A stretch of DNA of 64,000 nucleotides from an uncultured Collinsella sp. (GTDB lineage Bacteria; Actinomycetota; Coriobacteriia; Coriobacteriales; Coriobacteriaceae): the NCBI GenBank assembly GCA_900758375.1, contig CAAERJ010000009.1:9375-73374 (forward strand). The letters are read 5' to 3'. Shown here in pieces: positions 9,848 to 19,883 of the stretch. The translations under genes were made by a program, and so were the position numbers. The stretch's first letter is position 1, and each line of letters begins with the position of its first letter. The notes under the pieces were generated by a model. It was not told where the DNA came from. It was given only the letters and a program-made list of their open reading frames with translations, and made no database searches.

Positions 9848-10276
9848 ATGAGGGTTGTAATCGCTTCCGATGCCGACGGTATGTCGATGAAGGAGTCCAT
9901 CAAGGAGATGCTCATCGCCGACGGTCACGAGGTCGTCGACTATTCCGAGACCCCTGCCGCGGACTTTGTCGATTCCGCGACCGCCGTTGCCAAGGACCTG
10001 CTGGAGCACAAGGATTCCCAGGGCTTCGCATTCGATAAGTACGGAGTCGGCTCCTATATGGCCGCCGTCAAGATTAAGGGCATGGTCGTCGCCAACATTT
10101 CCGACGAGCGTTCCGCCTACATGACCCGCGAGCACAACGGCTCGCGCATGGTCACCATGGGCCCGGGCGTTGTGGGCACCGAGGTCGCCAAGAAGATCGC
10201 CCGCGAGTTCCTGCGCGCCCAGTACGCCGGCGGCCGTCACCAGATCCGTGTCGACATGCTCAACAAGATGGCCTAA
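9848..10276 (+). CDS. lacA: Galactose-6-phosphate isomerase subunit A
   Basis: RpiB/LacAB family; SDERSAYMTREHN and GGRHQIRVDMLNKM C-terminus typical of LacA. Confidence 0.93.
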   Translation: MRVVIASDADGMSMKESIKEMLIADGHEVVDYSETPAADFVDSATAVAKDLLEHKDSQGFAFDKYGVGSYMAAVKIKGMVVANISDERSAYMTREHNGSRMVTMGPGVVGTEVAKKIAREFLRAQYAGGRHQIRVDMLNKMA

Positions 10277-10339
10277 CGAGAGCCACCGAGAACTCGAACT
10301 TCTACCTCAACTTGTGAATTCAGACGAAAGGACGTTCTG

Positions 10340-10864
10340 ATGAAGAAGACCATCGCAATCGGTTGCGACCATATCGTTACGGACGAGAAGATCTATCTGG
10401 CCGACCGCCTGGAGCAGGCTGGCTACAAGGTGCTCGATTGCGGCACCTACAGCCACACCCGTACGCACTACCCCATCTACGGTAAGGCCGTGGGCGAGGC
10501 TGTTGCCAGCGGCAAGGCCGACTTTGGCGTGGCCCTTTGCGGCACCGGCATCGGCATCACCAACGCCGTCAACAAGGTTCCCGGCGCCCGCTGCGCCCTG
10601 GTTCGCGACATGACCTCTGCCCTGTATGCCCGTCGCGAGCTCAACGCCAACATCGTGGGCTTTGGCGGCAAGATCACCGGCGAGTTCCTGATGGCCGACA
10701 TCATGCTTGCCTTCCTGGAGGAGCCCTACGAGAAGACCCCCGAGCACGATGCCCTGATTGCCAAGATCGATGCCTGCAATAAGGCCGACGCCGAGGCTCA
10801 GGCTGACCCGCACTTCTTTGACGAGTTCCTCGAGAAGTGGGACCGCGGCGAGTACCATGATTAG
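10340..10864 (+). CDS. lacB: Galactose-6-phosphate isomerase subunit B
   Basis: [27 protein letters not shown] and [16 protein letters not shown], typical of LacB. Confidence 0.95.
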   Translation: MKKTIAIGCDHIVTDEKIYLADRLEQAGYKVLDCGTYSHTRTHYPIYGKAVGEAVASGKADFGVALCGTGIGITNAVNKVPGARCALVRDMTSALYARRELNANIVGFGGKITGEFLMADIMLAFLEEPYEKTPEHDALIAKIDACNKADAEAQADPHFFDEFLEKWDRGEYHD

Positions 10865-10983
10865 CGGGTATCCGGCGTAATTAACTAGTCCGTTGACGGC
10901 TCGCGTTTCTGTGAGGGGGCGCGGGCCGGTTTTCTATCAGCCCTATTGACTTGGCGGGCTGTCGTAAGAAAGGGAAGGCTCCT

Positions 10984-11865
10984 ATGGAGTTTGTTCTTGA
11001 TAACGGCTCTGTCCGCATTGCGTTGAGCACGGCTGGCGGATCGTTCACTTCTATTGCGGCCAACGGCCGTGAGTACCTGTGGCAGGGCGACCCGGCGGTC
11101 TGGTCGGGCCAGGCACCCATTTGTTTCCCGATCTGCGGCGGCCTTCGTGACGGTCGCGCGATGACCATGGGCGGCCGCGAGGTCAAGCTTGCCCGTCACG
11201 GCTTTGCTCGCAAACAGGAGTGGAAGCTCGAGGAGCAGGGCGACAACATGGTCGCGCTGAGCCTAAGCTCTGCCGACCATGCCGAGTTGCTCGAGCAGTA
11301 CCCGTATCCGTTTAAGATCGTTGCTCGTTACACGATCGATGCGGAGAAGGTGGCTGTGTCGTACGAGGTGACCAATGAGGGCACCGAGGACATGCCGTTC
11401 TTTGTGGGCGGTCACCCCGGCTTTAAGTGCCCGCTCGACGAGGGCGAGTCCTATGACGACTACGAGCTCCGTTTTGAGCAGCGCGAGGCCGCCGAGCTCT
11501 GTACTGCCGTTCCCTCGACGGGCCTGATTGACGTTGAGCATCGCAGCAAGAACCCGATGGTTGGCCATGACCTGTCGCTGACCCACGAACTCTTTGACTT
11601 CGCGGAGACCATCTTTGACGTACTCGAGAGCCGCGTGGTTACGCTTACCAAGAAAACCGAGGACAAGGGCGTGCGCCTGACGTTCCCCGATATGCCGTAC
11701 CTGATTGTGTGGAGCAAGCCCGAGGGCGACTTTGTGGCCGTGGAACCGTGGGGCGGCCTGTCCACCTGCTCAGACGAGGACGATATCCTGGAGCACAAGC
11801 GCGGCTGCCTGGTGGCCAAGCCGGGGGAGACCGTTACCCGCGGCTTTGAGATCGAGATCCTTTAA
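10984..11865 (+). CDS. lacX: Aldose 1-epimerase family protein (LacX-like)
   Basis: EYLWQGDPAVWSGQAPICFP, RHGFAR, GGHPGF and FVAVEPW motifs; start moved to ATG 10984. Confidence 0.85.
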   Translation: MEFVLDNGSVRIALSTAGGSFTSIAANGREYLWQGDPAVWSGQAPICFPICGGLRDGRAMTMGGREVKLARHGFARKQEWKLEEQGDNMVALSLSSADHAELLEQYPYPFKIVARYTIDAEKVAVSYEVTNEGTEDMPFFVGGHPGFKCPLDEGESYDDYELRFEQREAAELCTAVPSTGLIDVEHRSKNPMVGHDLSLTHELFDFAETIFDVLESRVVTLTKKTEDKGVRLTFPDMPYLIVWSKPEGDFVAVEPWGGLSTCSDEDDILEHKRGCLVAKPGETVTRGFEIEIL

Positions 11866-11921
11866 CGAGCTATCGTATGTTTGGGGCCGCGCGTGCCGTG
11901 CCCCGGGAACAGGAGTTCAAC

Positions 11922-12857
11922 ATGATTCTGACCGTTACCATGAACCCGTCGATTGATACGCGCTATCAACTCGACAAGCTGATTATCGACGATGTTAACC
12001 GTGTGACGCCCGAAAAGACCGCTGGCGGCAAGGGCCTCAACGTGAGCCGCGTGCTGCTGCAACTGGGCGACGATGTGCTCGCGACCGGTCTGCTCGGCGG
12101 CCACATGGGTGCCTATATGGCCGAGCTTATGGATGCCGACGGCGTCAAGAACGACTTTGTGCCCATCGCCGGTGAGACGCGCATTTGCCTGAATATCCTG
12201 CACGAGGGCAATCAGACCGAGCTGTTGGAGAGCGGCCCGCAGATCGCCCCGGCCGAGCTCGAGGCTTTTACGGCCAAGTTTGCCGAGCTTGCAGCGAAGG
12301 CGGACGTTGTGACGCTTTCGGGCTCGCTGCCGCGTGGCGTCGATTCCGGCTACTATGCCGAGCTCGTCAAGATTGCCGAGGAGGCGGGCGCCAAGGTGCT
12401 GCTCGACACCTCGGGTGCATCGCTGGAGGCCGCGCTGGAGTCCGACGCTAAGCCTGAGCTCGTAAAGCCCAACCTGACCGAGATTAACGGCCTGCTGGGT
12501 ACGTCCTTTACGACCGATGATGTCGATGCCCTGCGCGAGGCGCTTGCCGCTGATGGCCGCTTTGCTGGTATTCCCTGGGTTGTCGTCTCGATGGGCGCCG
12601 CCGGCTCGGTGGGCTTCCATGAGGGTCGTGCGTTCCGCGCCAAGACGCCCGCGATTGAAGCTGTGAACGCGACGGGTTCCGGCGACTCGACCATCGCCGG
12701 CTTTGCGCATGCCATTGCAGCTGGTGCCGACGACGTAACGGTGCTCAAGACCGCCAATGCCTGTGGCAAGCTCAACGCCATGGATCCTAAGACCGGTCAC
12801 CTGGTCATGGATCGCTGGGACGAGGTCTACAACAGCGTTGTCGTGACTGAACTGTAG
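11922..12857 (+). CDS. lacC: Tagatose-6-phosphate kinase (PfkB family)
   Basis: MILTVTMNPSID, AGGKGLNVSRV, KPNLTE and NATGSGDST motifs; context with lacAB; RBS AGGAG. Confidence 0.88.
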   Translation: MILTVTMNPSIDTRYQLDKLIIDDVNRVTPEKTAGGKGLNVSRVLLQLGDDVLATGLLGGHMGAYMAELMDADGVKNDFVPIAGETRICLNILHEGNQTELLESGPQIAPAELEAFTAKFAELAAKADVVTLSGSLPRGVDSGYYAELVKIAEEAGAKVLLDTSGASLEAALESDAKPELVKPNLTEINGLLGTSFTTDDVDALREALAADGRFAGIPWVVVSMGAAGSVGFHEGRAFRAKTPAIEAVNATGSGDSTIAGFAHAIAAGADDVTVLKTANACGKLNAMDPKTGHLVMDRWDEVYNSVVVTEL

Positions 12858-12858
12858 G

Positions 12859-13005
12859 GTTACGGCGTTTTACCAAACGCCGTAACGGCTCGACGCTGCA
12901 AACGCCCCTAAGCGGCAATCTGACGTTCAATCGTCGGGCATGACCAGAAGGTCAATGTCCTCCTCTTTCACGTCACCTTGCTCGCTTGGGGGCGTTTTCG
13001 CTGAC
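12859..13005 (+). repeat. Structured intergenic element family 1, copy A (147 bp)
   Basis: Starts GTTACGGCGTTTTACCAAACGCCGTAAC and ends TCGCTGAC; homologous to 25601-25748 and 43761-43908 (reverse strand). Confidence 0.9.
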
Positions 13006-13039
13006 AATGCCAAGACATCGATGTTACTTTGGTCGCAAG

Positions 13040-13095
13040 TGGTCATTGGGGACGTTCTTGTTTGACTAGTCGTTTAGGAACGTCCCCAATGACTA
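13040..13095. repeat. Inverted pair of GGGGAC REP-like units
   Basis: TGGTCATTGGGGACGTTCTTGTTTGACTAG joined to CTAGTCGTTTAGGAACGTCCCCAATGACTA. Confidence 0.75.
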
Positions 13096-13186
13096 CACTC
13101 AAAAACGGCGCCCGTTGGCGATGTTGCCGGCGGGCGCCGCTGTCGCGTAGGCGCTATTCGTTGAGTGCGTGCGTTCGGGCTCGCTG

Positions 13187-14815
13187 CTACAGCGAGTCGA
13201 TAAAGCGCTGCTGGGCGGCGCGTCCTGCCTCGTCCCACTTAAAGACTCCGGCGTTGTCGAGCACGTGGCCAAACACCACGCCGACCTCTTCGTGCAGGAT
13301 GTCGATGGCGTTGTCGGCCGTAAGCTCGTCGGCGCGGCGGGCAAAGACGTCCTCAGCCCATGCGGCGTGGCTGCGGCAAAGGTCGTCGCCCTCGAGCGCG
13401 CCGGCAAGGTCGTAGCTGGCATCTGCCTTGGCCGCCAGCAGGTGCTCGCGGACAGCGCCGAGCTCGGGAACCAAGCGCGGCGGCAAAATGGCCAGGCCCA
13501 TGACCTCGATCAGGCCGATGTTCTCCTTTTTGATGTGGTGGTACTCAGCATGCGGATGGAATACGCCCAGCGGATGCTCGTCGGTCGTGATGTTGCAGCG
13601 AAGCGCCAGGTAGGCCTCGTAGATTTCGCCGCCGGCGTTGCCGCGGGAGTCCACGCGGCGAATGACGGGCGTCACGGTGTTGTGGGCCACGCCGTCGGCC
13701 GTGTGTGCGATGACGCCAACCGACTCATCGGTCCACTCGCGCCAGGCAAGGATAATCTTCTCGGCGGCGTCGAGCAGCTGGGCGCGGTCGTGCGATCGTA
13801 GTCGCAGCACCGAAAGCGGCCACTGTAACACGGTACCGATGACCTGGTCAAAGCCCGGCACGCTAAACTGCGAGACCTCGGCGGCGTGCATCATGGGGAA
13901 CTCGTGCGCGCCGCCCTGGAAGTGGTCGTGCGACAGAATCGAGCCGCCCACGATGGGCAGGTCGGCGTTGGAGCCAATGAAGTAGTGCGGGAACAGGTCG
14001 ACAAAGTCGAGCAGGCAGGTCAGCCCCTTGCGGTCGACGTGCATCGGACGATGCTCGGAGCTCATGGCAATGCAGTGCTCGTTAAAGTACGCGTACGGGC
14101 TGTACTGGAAGCCCCAGCGCTCGCCGTCGAGCTGGATGGGGATGACGCGCAGATTCTGGCGGGCGGGGTGAGCGCCGCCGTCGGCTGCGGCGGAGCGTCC
14201 GGGATAGCCCTCGTTTTCGATGCAGAGCTGGCAGGCGGGATACTTCTCGCCCGTGTTCTTAGCTGCACCTGCCGCGGCGATATCGCGCGGGTCCTTCTCA
14301 GGCTTGGACAGGTTGATGGTGATCTCCAGGTCGCCCCAGTTGGTGGGGGTGCTCCATTTGATGTTGCGCGCGATGGCGGCGCGGCGCACGTAGCCGGCGT
14401 CGCAGCACAGACCGTAGAACCAGTCGGTCGCGGCGCGGGGCTCGTTGACGCCCATGCGGCCGTTGAACTCCTCGTTTACAACCGAAGGCCTCGGCATGAG
14501 CGCGCCCATAATGCGCATGGCAATGCGGTCGCGGCCAGACGCCGTGTCCTCGGCGGCGCCGTTGGCAACGGCAGCCTCGGCAAGCGCAGCAAGCGTGCCC
14601 TCTAGGTCAAAGTCGGGGAGTGTATCGGGGTGCAAGAGCGAGAGTTTCTCAACCTGGAGCGCCCAGGCCATGTCGAGCGCGGGGCCCGTGGCGCCGATGC
14701 ACTCCAAAATGGTGTTGTAGGCCCAGATGCGGTCGTCCTGTCCGATCATCGATCGGTGGATAGCGTACTCGATCAGGTTCTGCGCAGCCTCGCGCACGTC
14801 AGTCATTACAGCCAT
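13187..14815 (-). CDS. galT: Galactose-1-phosphate uridylyltransferase (type II)
   Basis: LEITINLSKPEKDP, YPACQLCIENEGY, QYSPYAYFNEHCI, GGSILSHDHFQGG and HHIKKENIGLIEVMGLAILP; overlaps galK stop (alternative start 14806). Confidence 0.95.
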   Translation of the reverse strand: MAVMTDVREAAQNLIEYAIHRSMIGQDDRIWAYNTILECIGATGPALDMAWALQVEKLSLLHPDTLPDFDLEGTLAALAEAAVANGAAEDTASGRDRIAMRIMGALMPRPSVVNEEFNGRMGVNEPRAATDWFYGLCCDAGYVRRAAIARNIKWSTPTNWGDLEITINLSKPEKDPRDIAAAGAAKNTGEKYPACQLCIENEGYPGRSAAADGGAHPARQNLRVIPIQLDGERWGFQYSPYAYFNEHCIAMSSEHRPMHVDRKGLTCLLDFVDLFPHYFIGSNADLPIVGGSILSHDHFQGGAHEFPMMHAAEVSQFSVPGFDQVIGTVLQWPLSVLRLRSHDRAQLLDAAEKIILAWREWTDESVGVIAHTADGVAHNTVTPVIRRVDSRGNAGGEIYEAYLALRCNITTDEHPLGVFHPHAEYHHIKKENIGLIEVMGLAILPPRLVPELGAVREHLLAAKADASYDLAGALEGDDLCRSHAAWAEDVFARRADELTADNAIDILHEEVGVVFGHVLDNAGVFKWDEAGRAAQQRFIDSL

Positions 14816-16011
14816 GCCGCGTAAGCCCCCTTGTCAGAAATTGCGTAGTGGCGGGCAGAGCCCTCGCCCAGCCAGCCGTTCATCTTGGTGATGAAGGTGT
14901 CGACCAGGTCGAGCGGCACGAAGGCCTGGATGGTGCCACCAAAGCCGCCACCGTGGATACGGACGGCGCCTCGGCCGTCGAGGACATGCTCGGCCAGTGC
15001 CAGGGCGTACATGGAAGGCTGCTCGGAGCCCAGCTTGGCAACGATATTCTGCAGGTACATGGCAGAGCTGGCGCCGGACTCGCGCGTCAGGACCAGGAAC
15101 TGGTCGATGTCGCCGGCGTTGAGCGCTGCCCAGCGCTTGTCGACCAGGCCGTTTTCGTACCAGTAGTGAACGGCGCGCAGGCAGGCACGGTCGCCCAGCT
15201 TGGCGCGCAGCTCGGGGAGCTTGGCGTCAAAGTCCGCCACGTTTACCTCGCACAGGCGTGCCTTGCCAAACTCGGCAGCGACGTCCTGCATCTCGCGCGG
15301 AACGGCGGCGTAGTCGTCGGTAGCTGCCACATGGTCGGCGCCAACCTTAACGAGCACGAGCGCATAACCGTGATCCTCAAAATTGAGCTCGAGCTTCTGG
15401 GTTTTAGGCTGAGCCTGGTCCTCAAAGTCCATGTAGGCAAGGCCGCCCAGGCACACAGCGGCCTGGTCCATCAGACCGCAGGGCTTGCCATAGTAGTTGT
15501 TCTCGGTGCGCTGGCTCATCTGGGCGAGTGCGACGGGCTCGATGGCGGGTGCGCCCCAGAGGGTTTCCATGGCACGACCGTACGCGGCCTCGACGGCGGC
15601 AGAGCTGGAAAGGCCGCCGCCCGAGGGGACGGAGCAGGTGAAGGCGAAGTCGAAGCCGTGGGGCTCAACACCCAGAGCAGCGATTTCGTGGGCCATGCCG
15701 CGGACGAGGCTCGCGGACGTGCCCTTCTCGGACGCTTGAATATCCAGCGTGTCGAGCATGATCTCAAAGGTGGGGTAGCCCTCGTCGGCGACGCGGACCT
15801 TGTTGGAGTCGGTTGCCACGGCGATGCCGTCGACAGCGACATCGAGCGAGCCGGCGATGACGTGGCCACCCTCGTGGTCGGTGTGGTTGCCACTGATCTC
15901 GGAACGGCCGGGCGCGTGCACATAGAGCACCTGGCGATCGCCGATGGTGCCAAACTCCTCCTCAAACAGCTTGGTGAGCGTGGCGAGTGTCTTTTCGTCG
16001 GGGGTGGTCAT
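14806..16011 (-). CDS. galK: Galactokinase
   Basis: APGRSEISGNHTDH, GHMP motif PSGGGLSSSAA, CGLMDQ, RIHGGGFGG; start at ATG 16011 after AAGGAAAGGA. Confidence 0.93.
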   Translation of the reverse strand: MTTPDEKTLATLTKLFEEEFGTIGDRQVLYVHAPGRSEISGNHTDHEGGHVIAGSLDVAVDGIAVATDSNKVRVADEGYPTFEIMLDTLDIQASEKGTSASLVRGMAHEIAALGVEPHGFDFAFTCSVPSGGGLSSSAAVEAAYGRAMETLWGAPAIEPVALAQMSQRTENNYYGKPCGLMDQAAVCLGGLAYMDFEDQAQPKTQKLELNFEDHGYALVLVKVGADHVAATDDYAAVPREMQDVAAEFGKARLCEVNVADFDAKLPELRAKLGDRACLRAVHYWYENGLVDKRWAALNAGDIDQFLVLTRESGASSAMYLQNIVAKLGSEQPSMYALALAEHVLDGRGAVRIHGGGFGGTIQAFVPLDLVDTFITKMNGWLGEGSARHYAISDKGAYAAWL

Positions 16012-16054
16012 GGGGGTCCTTTCCTTGGCGCGCACGGGTGAGTTTTGCGTCGTT

Positions 16055-16257
16055 ATGAGTACGTTAACAACTTGAAGCGGCATGAACTCAGCATCTACGA
16101 TGCCGCACGTTACGGGCTATGTTAACGTACTCATAACACAACGCTTATCACTTTTTGAGAATCTGGTAATCGGTAGAAATTCGGCCGTGAACGGTATTGC
16201 CGTATGGACTTATAGAGCAGAAGAGTTGCGGATTGAAAAAGTAGAGTACGTTAACAT
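16055..16257. promoter_or_regulatory. Three LacI-type operators, consensus ATGAGTACGTTAACA(T) (16055-16069, 16120-16134 reverse, 16243-16257)
   Basis: Near-identical 15-16 bp sites in the divergent galK/lacI intergenic region. Confidence 0.75.
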
Positions 16258-16349
16258 GCGTCCGACGATAGCGGGCTTCGGCGCGGGGTGTGTTTCTGCC
16301 CGGGCCGGCATTCACGCTATTCAGATCTCGCAAGGGTGAAGGTGATCCT

Positions 16350-17381
16350 GTGGCAAGGCGCCCGTCCAACGATACAGGTACGCGTCCGGTCTCCATGGCC
16401 GACGTCGCCCGCGCTGCCGGCGTTTCGCAGCAGACGGTTTCGCGCGTCGCCAACGGCTTGCCTAACGTTAACGAGCAGACGCGCCAGCGCGTACAGGCCG
16501 CTATGCAAAAGCTCGGCTTTCGTCCGAGTTATGCCGGTCGCTCGCTGCGCGACGGCCGTTATCATTCGGTCGGCCTGTGCGTCAACGATGTCACCAAGTT
16601 CGGCAACCTCTCAATGATCGACGGCATCGCCAGCGCTGCTCGCGAGCATAATTGCGCCATCACGCTGGTCGAGATGTCCAAGACCGAGGAGTTTTCGCTT
16701 GCCGAGGCCACGCGTCGTATGGCCGCATTGCCGGTGGACGGCATCATCATCGGCATGAGCCGCATGGCGCCCGATTTTGAGACGTTTGATCCACTGCCGG
16801 GCATTGGCACGGTCATCGTTACCATGTACGCGCACCCGCGGGTGACCACGGTCGACTCCGATCATTACGGCTGCTCGCTATTGCTTATGGATCACCTGTT
16901 TGAGCTGGGGCACGAGCAGATTCGCTATATTGGCGGCCCGTCGTTCTCGGTCGACGAACAATTTCGTCGCGCCGGTTGGCAGGATGCACTCGAGCGTAAA
17001 CACATCGAGCCGGCAGAGTCGCTCGAGGGCGACTGGTCTGCCAACAGCGGCTACGAGGCCGGCAGGTACCTGGCCGAGCACGACCGCACCATGACGGCGA
17101 TCTATGCGGCAAACGATCAGATGGCAAATGGCGCGATTGCCGCGCTGCGTGATAGCGGCCTACGCGTGCCCGAGGACGTGAGCGTGGTGGGCGTCGACGA
17201 TTCGCTCGATGATTTTGTGGCACACAACGAGCTCACGACCGTGCGATTCGATCTACATCAGCGCGGACGCGAGGTGTTTGAGCATGCGGTTCCCGAGGCG
17301 GGTACGGCGGGCAAAACCGTTGCCATTCGTATTCCCGGCCAGCTCATTATTCGACATAGCACGGCGATACTGCGCGCATAG
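16350..17381 (+). CDS. LacI family transcriptional regulator (probable gal repressor)
   Basis: HTH SMADVARAAGVSQQTVSRV, KLGFRPS, VPEDVSVVGVDD; probable GTG start at 16350. Confidence 0.9.
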   Translation: MARRPSNDTGTRPVSMADVARAAGVSQQTVSRVANGLPNVNEQTRQRVQAAMQKLGFRPSYAGRSLRDGRYHSVGLCVNDVTKFGNLSMIDGIASAAREHNCAITLVEMSKTEEFSLAEATRRMAALPVDGIIIGMSRMAPDFETFDPLPGIGTVIVTMYAHPRVTTVDSDHYGCSLLLMDHLFELGHEQIRYIGGPSFSVDEQFRRAGWQDALERKHIEPAESLEGDWSANSGYEAGRYLAEHDRTMTAIYAANDQMANGAIAALRDSGLRVPEDVSVVGVDDSLDDFVAHNELTTVRFDLHQRGREVFEHAVPEAGTAGKTVAIRIPGQLIIRHSTAILRA

Positions 17382-17510
17382 TTTGTGCAGGTCAACGGCG
17401 GTATATTCCGCCTCAATAACAATCGATAAGGATGCTGGCAGATAGCCGTGTCTATGAAGACGAGTGTTATGATAGACGGGTTCTTTTGTCTATCTAGGAG
17501 GCTTTGCCTG

Positions 17511-18671
17511 ATGGAGATCACCAAGGATATCCGCTACATCGGTGTCGACGATCACGACATTGACCTGTTCGAGGGCCAGTACGATGTGTCCGAGAACGGT
17601 ATGGCATACAACAGCTATGTTATCTTGGGCGACAAGATCGCTGTCGCCGATTCAGTCGACGGCGGTTTTGTTGACGAGTGGCTCGGCAACCTCGAGGCCG
17701 TGCTCGATGGCCGTACGCCCGACTACCTGGTCGTCCATCACATGGAGCCCGACCACTCCGCCGGTATCGCTGCCTTTATGGAGCGCTATCCCCAGGCGCA
17801 GATCGTGGCCAGCATGGGTGCTTTCCGCATGATGGTCAACTACTTTGGCACCGACTTCCCCGAGCGCAAAATGGTCGTCAAAGAGGGCGATGTGCTCGAT
17901 CTGGGCGGCCACAGCCTGACCTTTATCGGCGCCCCCAACGTTCACTGGCCCGAGGTGCTCTTCTCCTACGAGTCCACCGACAAGGTGCTCTTTAGTGCCG
18001 ACGGCTTTGGCAAGTTTGGCGCCAACGACATCGAGGATCCCGAGGGCTGGGCTTGCGAGGCTCGCCGCTACTACTTTGGCATCGTCGGTAAGTTCGGCAA
18101 GTTCGTGCAGGCCGTTCTCAAGAAGGCCGCCGACCTGGACATTCAGATCATCTGCCCGCTCCACGGCCCCGTGCTGACCGAGAACCTGGGCTACTACCTC
18201 GACACCTATAATACCTGGTCGAGCTATCAGCCCGAGGACGAGGGCATCACGATCGCCTATGCGAGCGTGTATGGCCATCTGAAGGCTGCCGTCGAGGAGC
18301 TCGCATCTGCGCTCGAGGCTCGCGGCCAGAAGGTCTCCGTCTTTGACCTGGCTCGCGACGACATGGCCGAGGCCGTTGAGGATGCGTTCCGCTACGACCG
18401 TCTGGTGCTCGCCTCCATTACCTATCAGGGCGAGATCTTCCCGTGCATGAGCACCTTTATCCACACGCTCGCCGAGCATGCCTACCAGAACCGTACCGTG
18501 GCGCTTGTCGAGTCCGGTTCCTGGGCGCCCGCTGCCGCCAAGGTTATGACCAAGGAGCTCGAGGGTATGAAGGACATCACCCTGACGCAGAACAAGGTGA
18601 CCGTCCTGGGTTCGCTCAACGACGCCTCGCGTGCTCAGATCGAGGCCCTCGCCGACGAGCTCTCCAAGTAG
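17511..18671 (+). CDS. fprA: Flavodiiron protein (FprA family A-type flavoprotein)
   Basis: LFEGQY, YNSYVI, HHMEPDHS, VHWPE, LFSADGFGKFG, ICPLHGP, followed by a flavodoxin domain (IAYASVYG); RBS AGGAGG. Confidence 0.92.
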   Translation: MEITKDIRYIGVDDHDIDLFEGQYDVSENGMAYNSYVILGDKIAVADSVDGGFVDEWLGNLEAVLDGRTPDYLVVHHMEPDHSAGIAAFMERYPQAQIVASMGAFRMMVNYFGTDFPERKMVVKEGDVLDLGGHSLTFIGAPNVHWPEVLFSYESTDKVLFSADGFGKFGANDIEDPEGWACEARRYYFGIVGKFGKFVQAVLKKAADLDIQIICPLHGPVLTENLGYYLDTYNTWSSYQPEDEGITIAYASVYGHLKAAVEELASALEARGQKVSVFDLARDDMAEAVEDAFRYDRLVLASITYQGEIFPCMSTFIHTLAEHAYQNRTVALVESGSWAPAAAKVMTKELEGMKDITLTQNKVTVLGSLNDASRAQIEALADELSK

Positions 18672-18703
18672 CGACACGTTCACTTTTGACGCTCAACCAT
18701 CAC

Positions 18704-18740
18704 AACCACCACAAAGGGGACAGGCACCTTTGTGGTGGTT
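18704..18740. repeat. GGGGACAG-loop REP-like hairpin
   Basis: AACCACCACAAAGG-GGACAGGCA-CCTTTGTGGTGGTT between convergent genes; related copy at 37978-38016. Confidence 0.75.
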
Positions 18741-18745
18741 TTTGT

Positions 18746-19549
18746 TTAAGCGCCGGCGATAACGAGGGCTGGACGTGCGCTGTCGGCGGTGTCGGCGATT
18801 GAGGTGGCGACGGCATGATCGGGGTCACGGTCCATCACGATGGCGTCGACATCGGTCAGCTCGGCAAAACGGTACATGCCGCGTCCGTTGACCTTACTGG
18901 CGTCCATGAGGGCGACGCTTTGATGGGCCGCGGCGATCATAGCCGTTTTGGTCTCGGCCATCTGGGGAAAGTCGGTCGTAAAGCCGCAGCTGGAGACAAA
19001 GGCGCCGGGGCACATGACGGCCAGATCGGCATGGACCATTTGGAGCGCCTGCATAGTGAGCGGTCCGTACAAATAACGATGGCCTTTGCGCAGCGCCCCG
19101 CCCAGCATGACGACATCGACCGAGGGCATGCTCTCGTCGATGTAATCGGCAATGGTAATGTCGGCCGTGATGACGGTGATGCCGTTGCGCTGGTCGAGGA
19201 GCCGGACAAACTCGAGCGCCGTGGTGCCCGAGTCGACGAGCAGCGTGTCGCCGTCATTGACGAGCTCGATGGCGCTTTGCGCGATGGCCTGCTTGGCGGC
19301 GACGTTGACATTGATGCGGCGATCCTGCGTGGAGACGGTCAGGCGTTTGTGGAGCGAGACGGCACCGCCGTGCGTGCGGCGCAGCTTGCCTGCTTCGGCG
19401 AGCGCGTCCAGGTCGGCGCGGGCGGTGACGGAGGACACGCCAAAGGTCTGGGCGATTTCTGCCACCTGAACGGAGGCGTTATGTTCGAGCATCTCCATGA
19501 TAGCGGCGCGACGTTCGTCGGCAAAAGCTCGGGTTGTTGCATGGGCCAT
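18746..19549 (-). CDS. DeoR/GlpR family transcriptional regulator
   Basis: ERRAAI...FGVSSVTARADLDAL...RRTHGGA HTH and KQAIAQSA...LLVDSGTT; start 19549 (GGAG RBS) or 19606. Confidence 0.92.
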   Translation of the reverse strand: MAHATTRAFADERRAAIMEMLEHNASVQVAEIAQTFGVSSVTARADLDALAEAGKLRRTHGGAVSLHKRLTVSTQDRRINVNVAAKQAIAQSAIELVNDGDTLLVDSGTTALEFVRLLDQRNGITVITADITIADYIDESMPSVDVVMLGGALRKGHRYLYGPLTMQALQMVHADLAVMCPGAFVSSCGFTTDFPQMAETKTAMIAAAHQSVALMDASKVNGRGMYRFAELTDVDAIVMDRDPDHAVATSIADTADSARPALVIAGA

Positions 19550-19883
19550 GCTTGCTCCATTCTCGGCTAAATATGCAGGAATTGTGTTGACTCTATTTTC
19601 GTTCATTTTCTTTTTGAGTAAGAAAACACCTTTCGATTACTTATCTTTTCTATAAAAAAAAGACGCTCAACGCCCAAAATTCAATATCGAACACGCCCAC
19701 TCGGCTTCAATTCCTTCCGTTTGCTTTTCAAAAACGACGGTATTGACCTGCATGGGCTCAATATCTCGCACGTGTAAAGCCGCTGAATTTCATACAATGA
19801 GCGCAGCAAAACGCAAGGTAAAACGCCTTGTGAACAACTACGCCCGATGTCCAGATGCGGGCGAGGGAGAGGAGCAAACGCTC

